From: Thermodesulfobacteriota bacterium
Lineage (GTDB): Bacteria; Desulfobacterota; Desulfobulbia; Desulfobulbales; SURF-16
Direction of reading: 5' to 3'
DNA: 39,601 nt
Assembly: GCA_039715015.1 (NCBI GenBank)
Contig: JBDLIE010000023.1
Span: 1 to 39,601, forward strand
The notes under the pieces are model-generated. The model was given only the letters and a program-made list of their open reading frames with translations, was not told the origin of the DNA and searched no databases. The translations under genes and the position numbers were made by a program. Shown here in pieces: positions 7,661 through 17,861 of the stretch. How positions within the stretch are numbered: the first letter of the stretch is position 1; each line of letters begins with the position of its first letter.

Positions 7661-10306
7661 TTAAGCGTCGCTCAAGCTCTTGGCGGCAATTTCATAGACA
7701 TCCTTTGACAAGGATTCTTCAGCGAGAATGCGTTCAAGCTCGGTCTTCATCAGACCTTGTCGATTTTCGTCATAACGCTGCCAACGGCTTAAGGGCGCCA
7801 AAAGCCGCGCAGCAATCTGGGGGTTGCTGCTGTTTAAGGCAAGAACCTGCTCTGCTAAAAAGCGGTATCCCTTCCCGGATTTATCGTGGAAACAAACCTG
7901 GTTCGCTGAGCAAAAAGCACCGATAAGAGAGCGCACCTTATTGGGGTTGGCCAGAGAAAATGAAGGATGCCTCGTTAATTCCTTTACTTCGGCCATGGTG
8001 GTGGCAAGAGGAGCCGTCGCCTGGACAATAAACCACTTGTCCATCACCAGACTATTATTTTGCCAGCGGCTGAAAAAGGCAACCTGTACCGCTTTGCGCT
8101 CAGGGCAATCGGGGTTATGCATGATGGCGGTGAAAGCACTGAGGCAGTCGGTCATATTATCTGCCCCTGCAAACTGATTAAGACAGAGTTCAAGCACCTC
8201 TTGCCTGCCGGTCATCATCAGGTAGGCAAGGGCCGTGTTTTTCAAGAGCCGTTGCCCGCTCAGGTCAGGATCATACTGGTAAGGAGTATCAGATACGGCA
8301 GCATGATAGCAGGACAAAAAAGGCATAAAGAGCTGCTCTGCCAACTCGGAACGGACAAACTGCCGGGCCGCAAAGATAGCATCCACATCTATGACCTCCA
8401 TCTGCTCACCCAGATATTTTTCAGTGGGCAAAACAAGAAGGCGGGCCAGAAATGCGGGGTCGTGTGATTCTTTTAAAATACGACTGTATACTTCAACAAA
8501 TTCGGCTGGCAAGGAAAGTTGCCGGCCGGCCTGAACATCCTCAACAAGTTTGAGAAGCAGACGGCAAGATAATCTTTGTCCTGCCTCCCAGCGGTTAAAT
8601 GCGTCTGGATCATGCGCCATGAGGAAACGGAGGTCCCCATCACTATATTGATAATGGAGTTTTACAGGGGCACTGAAAGAGCGGAGCAGTGAGGGGATGG
8701 GCTTTTCAGGTATATCGACAAAGACAAATTCCTGCCAGGTCTTACGCAACTCAAGAATTCGTAACTCCGCTGGCCCTCCTTCATCTCCCGAAAGCATCAT
8801 TGGCAGGGAGCGGCCATCCGCACCAAGGAGTCCCACCTTAAATGGTATATGACACGGCTCCTTCTTCTCTTGACCTGGAGTTGGCGGGCATGATTGCTCT
8901 ATAGAGAGGGTATATGTTTTTTTCTGCCTGTCATATCGCCCCTCCACTTGCAGTTCCGGGGTGCCAGCCTGACTGTACCAGTTTTTAAACAGACTAAAAT
9001 CAACAGCGCCACCTTCTGCCATGGCCTCGACAAAATCATCACAGGTAACAGCCTGGCCATCATGCCGGTCAAAATAGATATCCATCCCCTTCCTGAACTT
9101 TTCAGGCCCAAGCAGGGTGTGGATCATCCGGATAACCTCCGCTCCTTTTTCATAGACTGTGACCGTATAGAAATTATTGATCTCCATATAGTGATCAGGG
9201 CGGATAGGATGGGCCATGGGGCCATGGTCTTCAGGGAATTGGATATTGCGCAAGAGCTGGACATCGTTAATACGCTTCACTGCCCGGGAAGTCATGTCAG
9301 CTGAAAACTCCTGATCCCGAAATACAGTAAGACCTTCCTTTAAGCTGAGCTGAAACCAATCGCGGCATGTCACCCTATTACCGGTCCAGTTATGAAAATA
9401 TTCGTGGGCGATTACTCCTTCAATGCCTTCATAATCATCGTCAGTGGCCGTGGCCGGTTCAGCGAGCACATATTTCGAGTTGAAAACATTGAGCCCCTTA
9501 TTCTCCATGGCCCCCATATTAAAATCATCCACTGCAACAATCATGAAGAGGTCAAGGTCATACTCCAGGCCAAAAACCTCTTCATCCCATTTCATCGCCT
9601 TTTTCAGCGAGGCCATGGCATGATCGCAGCGATCCTTATTATGCTCCTGAACATATATAAAGAGATCGACCTGGCGACCACTCATGGTGATGAAATTGTC
9701 AGAAATGGCTACGAGGTCCCCAGCCACCATAGCAAAGAGATAGCACGGCTTAGGGAAAGGGTCCTGCCAACGGGCAAAGTGGCGCTGCTTGCCAACATTG
9801 CCCTTCTCAACAAGATTGCCATTAGCAAGAAGGACTGGGATGCTGGTTTCCGCCTCGATGGTGGTTGTAAAACGGGCCATCACATCGGGCCGGTCAAGAT
9901 AGTAGGTTATCTTGCGAAAGCCCTGGGCCTCACACTGGCTGCAGAAATTACCGCTTGATCGGTATAGACCTTCAAGGGCCGTATTTTTCTGGGGATAAAT
10001 TTCTGTAACGCAGCGCAAGACAAAGGAATCAGGAACATCGAAGATGGTAAGGGTTTGCTTGTTGATCTCATATTGGCTGGGATCAAGAATTTTTTCATCC
10101 ACAGCCAGTTCAACAAGAAGAAGCTCCTCGCCATCAAGAATAAGGGGGGCTTCGCCTTTGGCGTGCTCAGAACGGCGCAAATTCAAAGTTGAAGTCACCA
10201 CGGCCTTGTCATCATACAAGGAGAAAAAGAGATCAACCGTGTCGATATAAAAATCAGGCGGCTGATACTCGCTGAGATAAACAGTTTTTGGCTCAGACAG
10301 TTTCAT
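7661..10306 (-). CDS. pepN: Aminopeptidase N (M1 family)
   Basis: GAMEN, HEYFH + E zinc motif (HEYFHNWTGNRVTCRDWFQLSLKEG), NNFYTVTVYEKG, NPNKVRSL, NPQIAARL. Confidence 0.97.
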   Translation of the reverse strand: MKLSEPKTVYLSEYQPPDFYIDTVDLFFSLYDDKAVVTSTLNLRRSEHAKGEAPLILDGEELLLVELAVDEKILDPSQYEINKQTLTIFDVPDSFVLRCVTEIYPQKNTALEGLYRSSGNFCSQCEAQGFRKITYYLDRPDVMARFTTTIEAETSIPVLLANGNLVEKGNVGKQRHFARWQDPFPKPCYLFAMVAGDLVAISDNFITMSGRQVDLFIYVQEHNKDRCDHAMASLKKAMKWDEEVFGLEYDLDLFMIVAVDDFNMGAMENKGLNVFNSKYVLAEPATATDDDYEGIEGVIAHEYFHNWTGNRVTCRDWFQLSLKEGLTVFRDQEFSADMTSRAVKRINDVQLLRNIQFPEDHGPMAHPIRPDHYMEINNFYTVTVYEKGAEVIRMIHTLLGPEKFRKGMDIYFDRHDGQAVTCDDFVEAMAEGGAVDFSLFKNWYSQAGTPELQVEGRYDRQKKTYTLSIEQSCPPTPGQEKKEPCHIPFKVGLLGADGRSLPMMLSGDEGGPAELRILELRKTWQEFVFVDIPEKPIPSLLRSFSAPVKLHYQYSDGDLRFLMAHDPDAFNRWEAGQRLSCRLLLKLVEDVQAGRQLSLPAEFVEVYSRILKESHDPAFLARLLVLPTEKYLGEQMEVIDVDAIFAARQFVRSELAEQLFMPFLSCYHAAVSDTPYQYDPDLSGQRLLKNTALAYLMMTGRQEVLELCLNQFAGADNMTDCLSAFTAIMHNPDCPERKAVQVAFFSRWQNNSLVMDKWFIVQATAPLATTMAEVKELTRHPSFSLANPNKVRSLIGAFCSANQVCFHDKSGKGYRFLAEQVLALNSSNPQIAARLLAPLSRWQRYDENRQGLMKTELERILAEESLSKDVYEIAAKSLSDA

Positions 10307-10435
10307 AAGAATCCAGTAGCAGGACAGGACCTACACTTGTTTTTTGGGTCAAAGAGAAGCGCCGGAAAAGGCGAGAAAAAGGCGCAAAGTGGCTACGGGT
10401 CGCCAACTTAACTTAGCCGGAACAATACGTCTTTA

Positions 10436-12919
10436 CTATTGAGTTTTCAGCTTCTTGAGAGAAATATTTCGGGCCAGAGATTTTCCAGGCAGAGTAACCG
10501 GAGCCGCCTCAGCAACCTGGCTATCAAAATCAATTTTACTGACCATTGGAACTTTAATTTCTGCCCCAAGGCGTAAGGCGTGGAAATCAAAATCAGCATT
10601 ATACTGTTTGATGAGCCAGAAAGGCAGATCAAACTCATCATGGCATAAGGTCCAGAGGTTATCACCCTTTTTCACCTGGTAGGTATTTTCACCTTCAACC
10701 TTATAGGCAACAAAAAAATCTTCAACTAGTTCCTTATGGTAGAGATAACGCCTCTCCTCGAAATCATCCTTGGTGACCTTGGCAAAGGGCAATTTCAGCT
10801 TCTGGCCATAATGGATGGCCCGGCCAAAGCGATAACGGTTGAGACGTCTTATTTTCCGAGTAGGGATATCCAGCCAGTCAGCATAATGGCCCAGAGTCTC
10901 CTCCACCTCGACCTGAATTGTACCGGTGGAGACCCCCCTAACTGTTTTCATTTTGGCAACATCAAAATTGCCAACCAGTACCATAGGATTCACGACCTCT
11001 GCGACTTCGACTGCTTCAGCGGTTTCAATGTTTCCGACCGCCACAGCGGTTTTAATGGTATCAACGGTGTCAACAACCCCTATCTCATTTGAGTTTACCA
11101 AGGCAAGAACCTCGGCCTCTTTCTCCAAGGTTTTTTCCGGGTCAGCATCGGTAGCTACAGCCACTTTTTGCGGCTCTCCACCCAACTTGGCAGCCACCCC
11201 ATTTCCCAGCTTTGCAGGAAACAGAATAGTCTCATCAATTTCTACCTGGGCTGGCAGAGATGGTTGAGAAGCTTCGGCGACAACCAAAGAAGGAACTTCT
11301 GGAGCAGCAACAACAGGGGAAGCGACCTGGGCAACCACAGGGCTCTCAACAGCCTCCACCGCCCTCTTTTTAGCCCTGGCGACCAAGGCTGGAGGTGCTG
11401 TCTCAGCATCACTGGCCGCAATCAGACCAAGAGGGTTAGCCTGGGGACGCCATTTGGCGAGAGTCCGTACAGGAGATTTAGCCTTTTCGCGGGCCGTGGC
11501 TTTTGCCAAAACTTTTTTCTTTAAGCTGGCCATGGTTGGCTCTGCCTGGCTCCGGCTCCGCTTTCGGTTACGCGGTGCCGAAGCAAGCATTGTTGCCTTT
11601 TCTCCCAAGCCGGGGATACGCAGATTCTGGCCAACATAGATTGTTGCCCTGCGACTCAAGCCATTTGCCGCAACCAGATCCTTCACATTAACTCGATGAC
11701 GCCTGGCAATCTTGCCCGCCGTGTCACCACGCTGGACCCGATAAAACTTGGACCTCTTTTGCCTTTTCTCAAACAAAGATGAAGGTAGAGCGGAAGACAA
11801 TCGTGCCATCTTCTGAGATTGACCGGGCAAACGAAGTCTGTAGCCCTTTGGAATATACTTTTGGCCTGAGAAAACAGGGGGCCGAAGGGCCGGGTTGACC
11901 GCTTTTATCTTACCAGGTTCGACATGGAAGAATTTACAGATCTTAGCCACCGGCACATAGCCTTGCATCTCAACGGTATGATACAAAACTGGCCGATTCA
12001 GGCGAACGTTTCCGAAATATTTTCTGTAATTTTTAGCAACGTGCCTGGCTGCAATGAATTCTGAATAAAAATTACGGGAGGCAAATTTAAATCTTTTGCC
12101 TTTGTACTCATCAAATATCCGGGCATAGCTGCCCTTTTGTTTTTTAGCGCGAAGCATGCCGTTGGGGCCATGATTATAGGCGGTTAGAGCCAAAGGCCAG
12201 TTCCCAAGGAGATTATGATTTTCCTGAAGAAATTTTGCAGCGGCATAGCTTGCGGCAATGGGATCGCGACGCTCATCAACTACATAATCAACCTGCATAT
12301 AACGCCGCCCCGTTGAACGGGTAAATTGCCAGATGCCGGCAGCCCCGAACTTAGAATACGCTTCGTAATTATAGGAAGATTCCACATGGGGGAGATAGGC
12401 AAGATCTTCAGGAAGCCCCTTACTCCTAAAAATATCTTTAACGCGGTCAAGGTACTGGCCGGAACGCTTCACACCAGCTCGGAAGCGGTCTTTTTGCCCG
12501 GTCTGGCAGCGAATATCCTTCCGGGCCTGCCGAAATTCATGGCGTTTAGGATTAGGCCCAAACTGAGCATAAATACGGCGCTCGAGCCGGGTTGATGGCG
12601 CCTTTCCCCTGGCAAATTTATCAAGTATGCCCCGATACCGCTCCTTGACCCTCTTGATTTTTTTTCTATTAGTGCGGCTACTGCCGGGACCATGGGGTTT
12701 CAAATCAATGACTTCATAAATAATCTTTAGATTATTGCTGTCATGAAGCACTCCCTTAGTGGAGGGGTACTGTGAATAGATCTTCTTCCAAAACTCCACA
12801 TTGGGTCGCATGGAGGCGTGAACAGGAAAGGGGTCACTGCCCGTCACTGCCGACACAGGATCGACAAGCCCGACAAGGAAAAAAGAAACTAGAAAGGAGA
12901 GGTGAAAGAAACGATACAT
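10436..12919 (-). CDS. MltD-like lytic transglycosylase with LysM domains
   Basis: Signal peptide; SLT motifs LPHVESSY, AAGIWQF, AYNHG; LysM repeats (YRVQRGDT, YQVKKGDNLW) separated by a long Ala/Val/Glu-rich linker; GTG start. Confidence 0.9.
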   Translation of the reverse strand: MYRFFHLSFLVSFFLVGLVDPVSAVTGSDPFPVHASMRPNVEFWKKIYSQYPSTKGVLHDSNNLKIIYEVIDLKPHGPGSSRTNRKKIKRVKERYRGILDKFARGKAPSTRLERRIYAQFGPNPKRHEFRQARKDIRCQTGQKDRFRAGVKRSGQYLDRVKDIFRSKGLPEDLAYLPHVESSYNYEAYSKFGAAGIWQFTRSTGRRYMQVDYVVDERRDPIAASYAAAKFLQENHNLLGNWPLALTAYNHGPNGMLRAKKQKGSYARIFDEYKGKRFKFASRNFYSEFIAARHVAKNYRKYFGNVRLNRPVLYHTVEMQGYVPVAKICKFFHVEPGKIKAVNPALRPPVFSGQKYIPKGYRLRLPGQSQKMARLSSALPSSLFEKRQKRSKFYRVQRGDTAGKIARRHRVNVKDLVAANGLSRRATIYVGQNLRIPGLGEKATMLASAPRNRKRSRSQAEPTMASLKKKVLAKATAREKAKSPVRTLAKWRPQANPLGLIAASDAETAPPALVARAKKRAVEAVESPVVAQVASPVVAAPEVPSLVVAEASQPSLPAQVEIDETILFPAKLGNGVAAKLGGEPQKVAVATDADPEKTLEKEAEVLALVNSNEIGVVDTVDTIKTAVAVGNIETAEAVEVAEVVNPMVLVGNFDVAKMKTVRGVSTGTIQVEVEETLGHYADWLDIPTRKIRRLNRYRFGRAIHYGQKLKLPFAKVTKDDFEERRYLYHKELVEDFFVAYKVEGENTYQVKKGDNLWTLCHDEFDLPFWLIKQYNADFDFHALRLGAEIKVPMVSKIDFDSQVAEAAPVTLPGKSLARNISLKKLKTQ

Positions 12920-12934
12920 AGGAATTACATCATT

Positions 12935-13888
12935 TTAAAAAAACAGGTAGTAAATCAGACTCACAGCAACAAGAGAGCCCACCCGGAAACTCTGATTATA
13001 CACTATCAGCTCCATGGCAATACGAGGGGAGAAGATCCCTGCATAATAGGGAAACTGATGGCGAGCAGCACGCACTGGCGAAGAAAGGATATTACCCACC
13101 AATAACGCCAGGACAATCTCTCGATAGCTCATGGTGCCAGCATCGAGTAGTGCGCCTGCCACTGCAAGACCAGCTGTGAACTCAGCAGTCAGGTGCAACA
13201 CAATAATACCAAGGCTTTGCGGATGAAGCCAGGAAAGAATACTAATATGTTCTGCCATAAAGCTTTCAAGCCATTCAAAATGGCCCGCTTTATTAAGGAA
13301 AAAAATAACCGTATAGATTGGCACAGTAAAAAAAACTATTTTTTTCAAGCGCTTACGAAACCTCTTCCACGTTTTAGCAAGGGCCTCACTAACACTTAGG
13401 CGTTTTTCCTCAACCAGACTGACAGCTCCATATTTTTTCTTTTCAAGCAGAAAACGGCCTATGATCAAAATAATCACGGTCCGCAAGACTGCTGCCAGAA
13501 AAGTAATTGAAACATAAATAAAGGCAGCACCTTTGATAAGAGGCGCTGTAATGAAAAACATGGTGGGCAGGTGGAGAAAATAGGTGGGGAGCGAGTTAAA
13601 AAGGTTGGCGCAAATCAGCTCTTTTTTATCGATACGTTTTTGGTCAAAGGCCTCAGCCAGCATACTGTTAGCTGACACCCCGGAGAAAAACGCCATGGAA
13701 AAACTGGCCCCTGTCTCACTGGAAAGGTGTCCCAGTCGAATAAGGGGCCTGGAAACACGAGAAATCCGATGGGTCCAGTTGAGAGATTCAATAAAGTTGG
13801 CAAAGGCAAGGCCCAAAGAAACAAAAAAAAGCAGCTTGATTAAAGGCAACGCCAACCCCTGCCACAACATCTGTATAACTTCCATCAC
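12935..13888 (-). CDS. Nucleoside-recognition (Gate) domain membrane protein
   Basis: Multi-TM, duplicated gate-like halves, 'LLVGNILSSP.RA.RHQFPYYAGIF' motif; 15 nt upstream of the transglycosylase gene. Confidence 0.75.
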   Translation of the reverse strand: MMEVIQMLWQGLALPLIKLLFFVSLGLAFANFIESLNWTHRISRVSRPLIRLGHLSSETGASFSMAFFSGVSANSMLAEAFDQKRIDKKELICANLFNSLPTYFLHLPTMFFITAPLIKGAAFIYVSITFLAAVLRTVIILIIGRFLLEKKKYGAVSLVEEKRLSVSEALAKTWKRFRKRLKKIVFFTVPIYTVIFFLNKAGHFEWLESFMAEHISILSWLHPQSLGIIVLHLTAEFTAGLAVAGALLDAGTMSYREIVLALLVGNILSSPVRAARHQFPYYAGIFSPRIAMELIVYNQSFRVGSLVAVSLIYYLFF

Positions 13889-14004
13889 ACTCTCTAAGTC
13901 AACTGGTCATAATCAAAACGGTGGGAAAGATCTTACCAGATGCACAGAAAGAATTCATGGCAAGAGAAGAACAATTCACCTTTAGAGCATGCCGACATGC
14001 AACT

Positions 14005-14038
14005 AAAAAAAGCCACACTTTTCATGAAGTGTGGCTTT
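14005..14038 (-). terminator. Rho-independent terminator after the PilZ gene
   Basis: Stem AAAGCCACACTT / AAGTGTGGCTTT with 6-nt loop, followed by a T-run on the minus strand. Confidence 0.8.
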
Positions 14039-14064
14039 AACAAAACAGTTTCGGGTTACAAATA

Positions 14065-14559
14065 TCAGGGCATCAAATAAAATCCAAGTGCCTTGTCATA
14101 GGCCGGAGAATCGGCCTCATCGAACTGACAACCAACAAAGCCCTGACCAATTACGCGAATTCCTGCCCTTCTTTTGATATGGGTACTGCTTTTATCATCT
14201 AAGTTAAACTCAACCATGAGTTCATCTCCCACTTGAAGATTATGGGAGCCCATAATTGTTAAAGCCAGCCCACTCAATGACAGATCCGCCACCTTGCATT
14301 TCAAGTTAGGTTCAACCTGTGTGTCTGCTGTTTTGATATCTTGATCGACCTTGGTATATTTAGCGTCGATATTCGTAGACTTTCTATATCTCTCCCGAAA
14401 ATCCAAGGAAACAGAAAAGCTATGATTACATGTACATTTCACCTTGAGCGAATGTTTAACACCCTTAAATTTACCCACAGAGACAAGTTTCATGCTCTGG
14501 CAATGCGGGCATTTTATTGCGGCCAGGTTTTCACTGTTAACCCTTATTCTTTTTGACAT
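14065..14559 (-). CDS. Zinc-ribbon + PilZ domain protein (putative c-di-GMP receptor)
   Basis: CPHC...CTC N-terminal Zn ribbon; RERYR (RxxxR) and DLSLSG (DxSxxG) c-di-GMP motifs intact; SD GAGGA. Confidence 0.88.
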   Translation of the reverse strand: MSKRIRVNSENLAAIKCPHCQSMKLVSVGKFKGVKHSLKVKCTCNHSFSVSLDFRERYRKSTNIDAKYTKVDQDIKTADTQVEPNLKCKVADLSLSGLALTIMGSHNLQVGDELMVEFNLDDKSSTHIKRRAGIRVIGQGFVGCQFDEADSPAYDKALGFYLMP

Positions 14560-14882
14560 GATATCCTCGCGAATTCCCCACTAAGAGAAAACGACCTTTA
14601 AAATGCCGCTCCGAACTCCCCGGCGAGTTCAAAAAAATATCCTTTTACGCCAGCAGGATGCTTATCCACGAAAACTGCCTTTTCTTCAAGGAGCAGGGCC
14701 CGCAAACTACAAATAAACTGAGGATAACTTCGTGGCTAGAACGAAAACACAACAAAAAGCCTATACATACTAGGACTATAATTCCTGTCAAATTAACGCA
14801 ACAACATTTCCTCCTCCCTCGCAGCCACCACATATCATCCAACAGCAACATCTTGATTTCAAAAGAGATTCTTGACCATTCC

Positions 14883-14910
14883 TTGACAAAAAAAAATTAA
14901 GAAGAATAAT
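14883..14910 (+). promoter_or_regulatory. Putative sigma70 promoter for the histidine kinase
   Basis: TTGACA (14883-14888), 16-nt spacer, AATAAT. Confidence 0.4.
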
Positions 14911-14966
14911 GAAGCCTTGAAGAATAACCCTCCCCCCTCCTGAATCCTGACACCCTCACTAGCTCA

Positions 14967-16043
14967 ATGGCAAAAGAACAAGACGATTGCGATGGCCAAA
15001 TTTTTCGGGATATCCTGCAACACATCCACCTCGGCCTGGTCATTATCGATACCAAAAAACAACTCGTCAACTATTATAACCAGCAGGCATCAGAAATTTT
15101 CGACCTCATAAAACTTGATCCAGATTTTGACTCTTTCTATCCTGTGATAGAGTCCTCCGTAAATGAACTTCGTGATTCTGGAGGGCCCCAGAAAGTTAAG
15201 ACCGTAAAAAAACATGGTGAGCGTTTTATAGGTTATACTTTAGATGCTCCCGCCCCCTCCCAACACATCATCTCCATTCTTCTTCAGGATATTACTGATC
15301 AAAAAAGAATGGATTCCATAGCTGAAGCCGTAGTCACCATGAACAACGTGGGCTATATCTTTTCTGGAATCAGGCATGAAATTGGCAACCCTCTTAATTC
15401 CATTAAAATGGCGCTCACTGTTTTACAAAAAAATATTGATCGCTATTCCCCCGACGACATAGAGGTCTATTTTGTCAGAGTGTTTGAAGAAATTTCACGA
15501 ATAGAGCACCTGTTGAAGTCTTTTAAGAACTTTAACATGTACGAAAAACCGCAAACAGCCGTAATGGACCTTTCAGATTTTATTATGCATAATACCCAGC
15601 TGATTACTGCATATTCCAGCGTCAAGGATACATTAATAGGGATCAGTGTTGACATTGAAGAGGGATCTGAAATGGTCAAGGTTGATCGCCGTGCTCTTCA
15701 GCAGGTAACCATGAATGTCCTAGCAAACGCCATGGATGCCATGGAGAACAACTCTGAGGCTCGTCTGGTCATATCTGCACGTTCCCATGGCCCCAGTACC
15801 TTGCTTGAGATTGAGGATAACGGGTGCGGTATCCCGGCGGCTTCCATCCACGATATTTTCAAGCCCTTCTATACAACCAAGGAGAAAGGGACCGGGCTCG
15901 GCCTTGCTCTTTCCAAGAAAATGCTGGCCCAAATGAGTTGCTCCATCGACATAGCAAGTACTGTAGGTGAAGGTACTTCTGTTACCATTACGATCCCTAA
16001 GGCACGTGCTTATGAAGTGGAGAATCACAAACAATCACTCTGA
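14967..16043 (+). CDS. Cytoplasmic PAS-like sensor histidine kinase
   Basis: H-box RHEIGNPLNSI, N-box NVLANAMDAM, G1 DNGCGI, F-box IFKPFYTTK, G2 GTGLGL; no TM; N-terminal PAS-like region. Confidence 0.92.
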   Translation: MAKEQDDCDGQIFRDILQHIHLGLVIIDTKKQLVNYYNQQASEIFDLIKLDPDFDSFYPVIESSVNELRDSGGPQKVKTVKKHGERFIGYTLDAPAPSQHIISILLQDITDQKRMDSIAEAVVTMNNVGYIFSGIRHEIGNPLNSIKMALTVLQKNIDRYSPDDIEVYFVRVFEEISRIEHLLKSFKNFNMYEKPQTAVMDLSDFIMHNTQLITAYSSVKDTLIGISVDIEEGSEMVKVDRRALQQVTMNVLANAMDAMENNSEARLVISARSHGPSTLLEIEDNGCGIPAASIHDIFKPFYTTKEKGTGLGLALSKKMLAQMSCSIDIASTVGEGTSVTITIPKARAYEVENHKQSL

Positions 16044-16154
16044 AGAGTGTCAGGTTAATTGCCATAAATGCATAAACCAGCCTCCTGACTTCATTCTTTC
16101 TTTTATTTTGATATAAATTCAAACCTTTTTAAGGTATTGTCTGCGGCGTGATCC

Positions 16155-16183
16155 TTGACAGTTTTTCTCATGTTTTTTAATAT
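16155..16183 (+). promoter_or_regulatory. sigma70 promoter for the heme-c/HAMP and TPR genes
   Basis: TTGACA-N17-TAATAT in an AT-rich intergenic region. Confidence 0.65.
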
Positions 16184-16244
16184 AAAAATCAGTGGTTATT
16201 GCTGCTCAGTGCTTTTCAAAAGCTTTTTAGCAAGGAGAAATTAA

Positions 16245-17117
16245 GTGGGTATTCGAACACGTTTTTTGATTATTATGGGAGTTCTTAGTTTTCTGGCCCT
16301 CGTTGCTTTGGGCTGGGCAAGTTATGAATTCAGTCGTCAAACCGCACTTAAAGAAGCTGACAGCAAAGGTGAAATTATTTTCAACTATTTGCAATCTCAG
16401 CGTCATTTTTTCAAAAAGAACCAGACACCTCTTATTTCTGAGCTTATTGAAAAAGATCGCTTTTACCCGAACCTGATGTCCGGTTTTGCCGCCACCAGCA
16501 CAACTTTTGATTATTTCAACAATAGAATGCCTGGTTATATGATTAAATACGCGGCAACTAACCCTTTGAAAGAGACAAATAGGGCCGATGATTTTGAGGT
16601 AACCATCCTTAAACAATTCAAGGCCGACAGCAAACTAAAAGAAACATCAGGCACCATTACCAAAAACGGCATCAACTTCTTCTACCGTGCTATTCCTTTG
16701 AAAGTAGACAACCCAAAATGTCTGGTATGCCATTCCGACCCTGCTATTGCTCCAAAGGACCAGGTTTCTATTTATGGTTCTGAGAATGGTTACAACTGGA
16801 AGATGAATGAGATTGTCGCCAGTCTGCTTGTTTACATCCCTATCTCCGAAGCTATTGCCCAAGCAAAACAAACTGCCTTGATGCTTTTGGGAATTGGGGC
16901 AGGCTGTCTTATTTTTACCCTTTTTGTTATCAGCATTTTCCTTGAAAGAGGAGTTGTGCAACCCATAATACGGCTTAACACTCGTACTGAAGAGATTAGT
17001 CTTGGTAAGGGACTCGACCAAGCTGTTATTATTAAGTCAAACGATGAAGTTGGTTCTCTATCACGAGCCATCGACAGGCTTCGGATCAGCGTAGCCCGCA
17101 TGCTCACAAGGCGTTAA
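16245..17117 (+). CDS. Membrane heme-c sensor (DUF3365/Tll0287-like periplasmic domain) + HAMP, no output domain
   Basis: TM, periplasmic domain with 'NP....NRADDFE' and CLVCH, 'YG.ENGYNWK..EIV', TM, HAMP (P..RL....EEIS.G.....DEVG.L...IDRLR.S), then stop; GTG start with AAGGAG. Confidence 0.85.
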   Translation: MGIRTRFLIIMGVLSFLALVALGWASYEFSRQTALKEADSKGEIIFNYLQSQRHFFKKNQTPLISELIEKDRFYPNLMSGFAATSTTFDYFNNRMPGYMIKYAATNPLKETNRADDFEVTILKQFKADSKLKETSGTITKNGINFFYRAIPLKVDNPKCLVCHSDPAIAPKDQVSIYGSENGYNWKMNEIVASLLVYIPISEAIAQAKQTALMLLGIGAGCLIFTLFVISIFLERGVVQPIIRLNTRTEEISLGKGLDQAVIIKSNDEVGSLSRAIDRLRISVARMLTRR

Positions 17118-17118
17118 A

Positions 17119-17835
17119 ATGAAAAAAATTTCCTTAATCATTTCAGGGCTTTTTTTCTCCCTGTTATTTCTTCTTACCTTTACCGGGCAGGCTTGGACAG
17201 CTGACTGTTTAGCCATCCGCAAAAAAATTGAGAAGGAGACAGATCTCCTCCAGCGGAAAGAGCTTGCTAAACAAGGAATCAGCGATTGTCCCAATGACCC
17301 TATTATAAATTTCGAATTCGCTTATTCCATGGAGCGTTTCCGCAAATACAAGCTTGCCCTGAAACATTATCAGATTGCGGCTAAGCTTGCTCCCAAGTAT
17401 GGGAAAAGCTATTTTGGCATGGGCGACATGTACATGAACCTGGAAAGGCCTGGCGATGCTGTAAAGGCGTATCAGGCAGGTTTGTCTCTGGATCCCAGCA
17501 ATAAGAGGGCTAAGATTTCCATTAAAGAGGCAAAAAAAGCTGCTAAAAAACAGGGCGGTGGCGATGATGGCATTGCTGCCTTTGAGAATCCTCTTGCCCC
17601 TGCTGCTTCTTCAAAACCCAAAAAGACAGCCCGGAAGTCCAAGAAGACCTCACAAGTTTCAAATCCTCTACCTTACGAGCCTGCTAAGGCTCTCATCCTG
17701 CAGGAACCCGAAATAATGAAGCCCATAGTTGCTACTCCTCTCAAATCTGAGAATCTTCAGAATATGAACTTTGACAAGGCTGGCCATTCTGATATCACCG
17801 GTTCTCTGGATGATAATCAAATGGGAGCAGACTAA
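17119..17835 (+). CDS. Exported TPR-repeat protein with Lys/Ala-rich tail
   Basis: Signal peptide; TPR consensus (ALKHYQIAAKLAPKYGKSYFGMGDMY...AVKAYQAGLSLDP); 1 nt after the HAMP gene stop. Confidence 0.8.
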   Translation: MKKISLIISGLFFSLLFLLTFTGQAWTADCLAIRKKIEKETDLLQRKELAKQGISDCPNDPIINFEFAYSMERFRKYKLALKHYQIAAKLAPKYGKSYFGMGDMYMNLERPGDAVKAYQAGLSLDPSNKRAKISIKEAKKAAKKQGGGDDGIAAFENPLAPAASSKPKKTARKSKKTSQVSNPLPYEPAKALILQEPEIMKPIVATPLKSENLQNMNFDKAGHSDITGSLDDNQMGAD

Positions 17836-17861
17836 TACGAAACCAGATTGCTATTCTCTGC

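Noticed and set aside
9392..9958. 188-aa plus-strand ORF and other antisense ORFs within pepN
   Set aside because: Shadow ORFs opposite a well-supported gene
14560..14760. Possible c-di-GMP riboswitch or terminator upstream of the PilZ gene (hairpin GAACTC-N6-GAGTTC)
   Set aside because: No GEMM consensus elements on the minus strand, and the T-run precedes rather than follows the hairpin
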